Origin: Clostridia bacterium
GTDB taxonomy: Bacteria; Bacillota; Clostridia; TANB77; CAG-508
Direction of reading: 5' to 3'
Assembly: GCA_051891395.1 (NCBI GenBank)
Contig: JBJFFC010000005.1
Span: 1,141-65,140 of the forward strand
Length of the DNA stretch: 64,000 bases
The notes below the pieces were generated by a model. That model was not told the DNA's origin, did not search any database, and worked only from the letters and a program-made list of their open reading frames with translations. Both the position numbers and the translations under genes were made by a program. Of the stretch, positions 59,427-64,000 are shown in pieces (within the stretch, counting starts at the first letter, position 1; each line of letters starts with the position of its first letter).

Positions 59427-60320
59427 TTAAAATTCACCTACCTTCTCAATAAAAATATCATTAAGAGTTGGCTTTTTCACTTCAAACTTATTTACCTTTA
59501 TCTCATTTTCAACTAATTTTCTTAAAAGTTTATTCACTTTCTCTTCCTCTGTTATCTTTATTACATACTTATTATCTGTTTCATTTTCTATTTCTAGTTC
59601 AAAATCTTTTATATATTCATCTATATTTTCATTAACATCTATTTCTACTCTGTTTGCAGGATATGTTTCTTTGATCTGTTTTAAATTCCCTTGTAATACT
59701 GTTTTTCCTTTATTTAGTATCAATATATCACTACAAAATTCCTCTATGGTTGCCATTTGATGTGCTGACATAATTACATATTTTCCATCTTTCACTAAAT
59801 TAATTATGATATTTTTTAATATTTCTGTATTGACAGGATCTAACCCACTAAATGGCTCATCTAAAACAACTAATTCTGGATTATGTAGGATAGCTGTCAT
59901 AAATTGTATTTTTTGCTGATTTCCCTTCGAAAGTTTTTCTGCAGGCATTTGCAAGTATTCTTCTACTTTTAATTCTTGTGCCCACCTATTGATTGATTTT
60001 TCTGCTTCTTGTTTTTTCATTCCTTTTAATTCTGCAAAATACATTAATTGATCAAATATTTTTGTTTTAGGATATACTCCTCTTTCTTCTGGTAAATATC
60101 CAAAATTAACTGTTTTTCTATCTACTGCTTTTCCTTTCCAAGTAATTTCTCCACTATCTTTTTTGATAATACCTAATAACATTCTAATGGTTGTTGTTTT
60201 TCCTGCCCCATTTGTTCCAAGTAGTCCATATACTCCCGGTTTATCTAATGTTAAAGAAATATTGTTGACTGCTTGTTTTCCTACAAATGATTTTGACACA
60301 TTTTTTAATATTAAACTCAT
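59427..60320 (-). CDS. ABC transporter ATP-binding protein (NatA-like)
   Basis: GTNGAGKTT, LSKGNQQKIQ and VVLDEPFSGLDP motifs in 297 aa. Confidence 0.9.
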   Translation of the reverse strand: MSLILKNVSKSFVGKQAVNNISLTLDKPGVYGLLGTNGAGKTTTIRMLLGIIKKDSGEITWKGKAVDRKTVNFGYLPEERGVYPKTKIFDQLMYFAELKGMKKQEAEKSINRWAQELKVEEYLQMPAEKLSKGNQQKIQFMTAILHNPELVVLDEPFSGLDPVNTEILKNIIINLVKDGKYVIMSAHQMATIEEFCSDILILNKGKTVLQGNLKQIKETYPANRVEIDVNENIDEYIKDFELEIENETDNKYVIKITEEEKVNKLLRKLVENEIKVNKFEVKKPTLNDIFIEKVGEF

Positions 60321-60336
60321 TTCAGTTCTCCTTTTA

Positions 60337-60756
60337 TTATATTTTTTTAGAAATTATTACATTAGTAATACAAAAAATTATTAACTGTAAACCTACTATT
60401 AATCCCATATAAATACCTATTTCATTATTGGTAAAGGCTAATATAATAGATATAAAAGCTTCTATAATTATAAATATTCTAAAAGTAATAGCCATAGATT
60501 TTGTACTAATTTCTTTTAATCTTTCATCTGTTAATTCTATTTCTCTTTTTCTTAATTCTTTTGGATTTCTTAAAGATAACCCATTCTTTATTAGTAATAC
60601 AATACTTACCACTGTAAGGCTTATTCCAAAGCCATTCATATAACTTTGTTGTAGTTCTGTTAAATTATTTATCTTTAATGATAATGTTGTAATTATAATG
60701 CCAAGAATTATCATTAATATAGATATAACACATTTTCTTTTTAATTTCTTTTCCAT
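60337..60756 (-). CDS. Small membrane protein co-transcribed with the XRE regulator
   Basis: The likely start is MEKKLKRK (60756), 1 nt after the XRE stop. It has 4 TM helices. Confidence 0.5.
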   Translation of the reverse strand: MEKKLKRKCVISILMIILGIIITTLSLKINNLTELQQSYMNGFGISLTVVSIVLLIKNGLSLRNPKELRKREIELTDERLKEISTKSMAITFRIFIIIEAFISIILAFTNNEIGIYMGLIVGLQLIIFCITNVIISKKI

Positions 60757-60757
60757 T

Positions 60758-60958
60758 CTATTTATCCTCCTCATAAATAAATATTTCTTCAATAGACTTA
60801 TTGAAATGTTTAGCAATCTTAAAAGCCAATAATATAGATGGATTATATTTTCCTTTTTCTATTGAAATGATAGTTTGCCTTGATACTCCTACAATATTTG
60901 CTAATTCTTCTTGTTTTTCATTAAATTGTTTTCTATACTCTTCAACTTTATTTTTCAA
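60758..60958 (-). CDS. XRE-family helix-turn-helix regulator (YozG-like, 66 aa)
   Basis: The motif [37 protein letters not shown] is a typical Cro/C1 HTH. Confidence 0.85.
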   Translation of the reverse strand: MKNKVEEYRKQFNEKQEELANIVGVSRQTIISIEKGKYNPSILLAFKIAKHFNKSIEEIFIYEEDK

Positions 60959-61190
60959 TCTATCACGCCCCTTTTAGTTTAAGTAAAGTTAACTTTACAT
61001 CTATTATATTAGTTCTTATATGGAATGTCAAGTTTATTTTACATTTTATCAAAAAATTTTTATTGGTTTTGTGTTGTATATTATTTCGCTTTTCTTCACT
61101 AAAAATGCTTTCAAAAATACAAAATGTACCTCTTAAAATCAGATTTTTTATTCTAATTTTTGGGGTACATTTCATAAGTTTAATGTATTT

Positions 61191-61350
61191 TTATCTTAAT
61201 ATTATATTATTTAATTCTTTGATTTCTTTAATATTAGATTTTGGATTAAAATGTCCGGCATTTTTAATTAATATTTTTTTGCTATTAAACTATCAGCATA
61301 ATCTTCTAGATTTTTTATTGGATTCATTTCATCATTATCACTATAAATAG
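61191..61350 (-). pseudogene. 3' remnant of a serine hydrolase (YdeN/RBBP9-like alpha/beta hydrolase)
   Basis: The minus strand reads ...IYSIYSDNDEMNPIKNLEDYADSLIAKKILIKNAGHFNPKSNIKEIKELNNIILR*, preceded by stop codons. Only about 50 C-terminal residues remain. The family call is tentative. Confidence 0.35.
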
Positions 61351-61387
61351 AATAAATGTTATTTACTAAACTAAATTGTAATTTGAA

Positions 61388-61605
61388 TTATTTTTCTTTT
61401 TTGCCTAATACTAATTCTTTAATTTTATTTGTATGTTGAATATAAGTTTCAGTATAACCACATTCAGGACATACTGCACATTTGAATTTTCCTAGATTAT
61501 CTTTAAATATGCCTTGTTGTGTAATCTTAATTCCGTATGCCCTCCCTCAACTTTAACATCTAAATCTTCTACCATTTCTACATTACATCTTAAACATTTT
61601 CTCAT
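61388..61605 (-). pseudogene. Small zinc-ribbon protein gene with a -1 type frame disruption in a G run
   Basis: RBS GAGGAG plus ATG at 61605. MRKCLRCNVEMVEDLDVKVEGG continues in another frame as AYGIKITQQGIFKDNLGKFKCAVCPECGYTETYIQHTNKIKELVLGKKEK*. The two CxxC pairs need both halves. The break is near fwd 61541-61548 (ccctccc). Confidence 0.5.
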
Positions 61606-61631
61606 TGTTATTTCTCCTCAATAATTTGTAA

Positions 61632-62075
61632 TTATTTTATTATTATATTTTTTTCTTTTAATATTTCAATAGTCTTTTTTAATTTATCATTATTCCTTGC
61701 ACCTATAGACTGTACATCTATTACTATATTAAAGCCTAATTTTTTTCCATCTAGTGCAGAACTTTTTATACAATAGTTTCCATCTATTCCCACAAATTCT
61801 AGCTCATTTATATTTTTATCTAATAGATACTTTTTTAATTTTTCATTTGAAAAACAACTTGCTTTTGATTTTAAAAAAACAATATCGTTAATTACATTTA
61901 ATTCTTCTATAAAGTTAGAGCTTTTTCCTAAAGTAATATTTTTTATATAGATGACATTTTCATTATATTGACTAATCTTTGCATTAATATTATCAATCAA
62001 TTTGCATCTATCATCATATTTACTATTCTTTCCTATATATCTTTCTTGCATATCAATTACAACTAATGTTTTCAA
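61632..62075 (-). CDS. Isochorismatase-family cysteine hydrolase
   Basis: LVVIDMQ (catalytic Asp context) and GIDGNYCIKSSA (catalytic Cys context) in 147 aa. Confidence 0.7.
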   Translation of the reverse strand: MKTLVVIDMQERYIGKNSKYDDRCKLIDNINAKISQYNENVIYIKNITLGKSSNFIEELNVINDIVFLKSKASCFSNEKLKKYLLDKNINELEFVGIDGNYCIKSSALDGKKLGFNIVIDVQSIGARNNDKLKKTIEILKEKNIIIK

Positions 62076-62199
62076 AAAATCATCTCCATAAATTACTATC
62101 TTGTGTTTCGATTATATCATAAAAGACAAGTAATTTTCAACTTAATCACTTGCCTTACTTATTGTAATTTGTAATCTAAATAATTTTAAAAAAATATCT

Positions 62200-62709
62200 T
62201 TAATCTTTCTTTCTAGTTAAGAAAATTCCAATGATTAATCCAATAAGGATAATCGGTGCTATTCTGATAAATAACCATTCAAAAGAATGAAAAACAACTC
62301 CTAAAACAGCATTTTCAGGATTACTATAATCCCAATTTAAGTATGGACTATTTAATAGAATTAGAGATATGGAAATAATTATTATAATTATACATAATGA
62401 GATTAGCAACCAATGAGTTATTTTTCTTCTCTCATTCTTCCTTTGTGATAGTTGTAAGTTTATTATCTCTAATTTTTCAGAAATTGCTTTTATATCGTCA
62501 ACTTTAGATTCAGAAATATTTTCTCCAAGTAAAGTGCTTACAGGTGTTTCAAGAACTTCTGATATTGTGATTAACATTTCCGCATCAGGAACTGATAACC
62601 CCTGTTCCCATTTAGAAATTGTTTGTCTAACCACATTTAACTTTATAGCAAGTTCTTCTTGCGAAAGTCCTTTCGATTTTCTTATAAATTTGATGTTTTC
62701 TTTTAACAT
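62200..62709 (-). CDS. XRE-family HTH regulator with a C-terminal membrane anchor
   Basis: Start MLKENIKFIRKSKGLSQEELAIKLNVVRQTISKWEQG (ATG 62707-62709, RBS AAGGAG). It has 2-3 C-terminal TM helices. Confidence 0.75.
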   Translation of the reverse strand: MLKENIKFIRKSKGLSQEELAIKLNVVRQTISKWEQGLSVPDAEMLITISEVLETPVSTLLGENISESKVDDIKAISEKLEIINLQLSQRKNERRKITHWLLISLCIIIIIISISLILLNSPYLNWDYSNPENAVLGVVFHSFEWLFIRIAPIILIGLIIGIFLTRKKD

Positions 62710-62848
62710 TTTACAACAACTCCTTTCTTTACTAAAACTATTATATAAAGAATAGTCCGTTGCTACAAGCAATGCTTATTAACATTTTAAATTTACCTCC
62801 GTAAATCAGCATTTTGTCTTTACTTATATATTGTAATCTCTCGCACAC

Positions 62849-64000
62849 TTACTTTTCTATATTTATAATTTTCGTTGCCACTTTTTCAATAAAAGTTTCA
62901 TCGTGTTCTACAAAAATAAGTGTTGGTTTATAGTTTAAAATAGCATCTTCTATTTGTATTCTTGTTATTATATCAATATAATTCAATGGCTCATCCCATA
63001 TATAAATATTTGCTTGTTCTGATATACTTTTTGCAATTAAAACTTTTTTCTTTTGACCTTCACTCATATCTTGGAATCTTAAGTCAAAATCCGATTTTGA
63101 AAATCCCATTTTAACTAACATTGCTTTAAAAATACTTTCATCTATTTTATTATTTTGTGCAAAAGATTTTAAATTCCCTTTTAAATCTTCTGTGCTTTGT
63201 GATACATAAGATATTTTTAAATCATTTGCTACTTTAAATTCTCCATTATGTTGTATTTCTTTTCCTATAATAAGTTTTAATATACTTGATTTTCCTATGC
63301 CATTTCTTCCAACTATTGCAACTCTATCTCCATTAGTTATCTCAAATGAGATAGGAGTAAATATTTCTTGTTCATCATATTTTATTTGTAAATTATTTGC
63401 TAAAATTAACGGATTTTTCTTACTTGGTAATGGAATAATCTTCAAGTTTTCATTTTTATCTACATTCCTCAATAAATTATTTTTTTCATCTATTGCTTTT
63501 TCAATTCTTTGTTCCATAACTTTTGATTTTTTCATCATTTTAGAAGCCTTATGCCCTACATAACCTTTATCTATTGTTGATTCAGAATTATATTTTTTAC
63601 TTTTTGTTTTTTCAGTTTCATTTGACCATTTTGCCGTATTTTTAGAAGCAATTTCAAGTCTATTTATATCTTTCTTTAATTTTTCGTTCTGCATAGTTTC
63701 AAAATTATCTTGTCTATCTTTATTTTCTTTCCAAGACGAAAAATTACCTTGCCTAATTTCAATATTAGTATTATTTATAGCAATTATATGATCTACAACC
63801 TTATCTAAAAAGTTTCTATCGTGAGATACCAATATAAATCCTTTTTTCTTTTCTAGATAACTAACTAAATTATTTCTTGTTTCAATATCTAAATGATTTG
63901 TAGGCTCATCTATAAGCAAGAAGTTATCTCCTTTTAAGAATAGACTTATTAAAAGTATTTTTACTTGCTCTCCACCACTTAACAAACTAAAATTTCTGTA
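62849..64000 (-). CDS. ABC-F family ATPase (ribosome-protection/Lsa-Vga-type candidate), 5' end outside the window
   Basis: Two ABC cassettes without TM domains: LSGGEQVK...LLIDEPTNHLD, a charged inter-domain linker, GRNGIGKSS, MSEGQKKK and IWDEPLNYID. The ORF is open to the window edge. Confidence 0.85.
   Translation of the reverse strand, partial: YRNFSLLSGGEQVKILLISLFLKGDNFLLIDEPTNHLDIETRNNLVSYLEKKKGFILVSHDRNFLDKVVDHIIAINNTNIEIRQGNFSSWKENKDRQDNFETMQNEKLKKDINRLEIASKNTAKWSNETEKTKSKKYNSESTIDKGYVGHKASKMMKKSKVMEQRIEKAIDEKNNLLRNVDKNENLKIIPLPSKKNPLILANNLQIKYDEQEIFTPISFEITNGDRVAIVGRNGIGKSSILKLIIGKEIQHNGEFKVANDLKISYVSQSTEDLKGNLKSFAQNNKIDESIFKAMLVKMGFSKSDFDLRFQDMSEGQKKKVLIAKSISEQANIYIWDEPLNYIDIITRIQIEDAILNYKPTLIFVEHDETFIEKVATKIINIEK

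Noticed and set aside
60337-60958. The XRE regulator plus small membrane protein as a toxin-antitoxin or abortive-infection pair
   Set aside because: This two-gene arrangement (a YozG-like HTH plus a DUF-type membrane protein) is common and carries no toxin-like motifs. Nothing in the sequence supports a defence role.

Overview
This is a very AT-rich Firmicutes (Clostridia-like) chromosomal segment, and almost all genes are on the minus strand.

**Left two thirds: housekeeping genes.** These are pyrG, greA, pgsA, an S41 tail-specific protease, two EnvC-like M23 peptidases, ftsEX, a split transketolase, pepV, a 6S-RNA-like locus, sigK, a trhP/trmR-like pair, typA, plsC, cmk, rlmN, a flavodiiron protein, hrcA-grpE-dnaK-dnaJ with two CIRCE operators, dps, apt, murI and two tRNA-Ser genes.

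**Right third (42-64 kb): accessory transporters and regulators.** It holds a YxdJKLM-YxeA/Bce-type module, a TetR-ABC operon, an SdpRI-like pair, NatAB-like genes, XRE regulators, gene remnants and a partial ABC-F gene.

**Main observation.** Seven conserved genes are broken by 13 frameshifts. Every one has the form NNN-C-GGN: the upstream frame reads an in-frame CGG codon, and skipping its C restores a conserved glycine. Examples are the Walker A motif, MurI LGCTHYP and SigK PIG. By eye I found no in-frame CGG in any intact native-looking gene. The only ordinary in-frame CGG codons are in two foreign-looking genes. This fits one of three explanations: an undescribed CGG-triggered +1 recoding (an unassigned or hungry codon), a very peculiar systematic assembly error, or an insertion hot spot. 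I cannot decide between them without reads and the whole genome.

**Other notable items:**
- Two G+C-rich single-gene islands: a RelA/SpoT-type small alarmone synthetase inserted in a trmR-trhP cluster, and an internally duplicated unknown protein.
- A (TG)12 tract upstream of an LPXTG surface-protein gene.
- At least ten long intergenic palindromic elements that share GGGAC(A/G)G-type arm motifs or a common G+C-rich core.

I saw no CRISPR array, rRNA, integrase or transposase.
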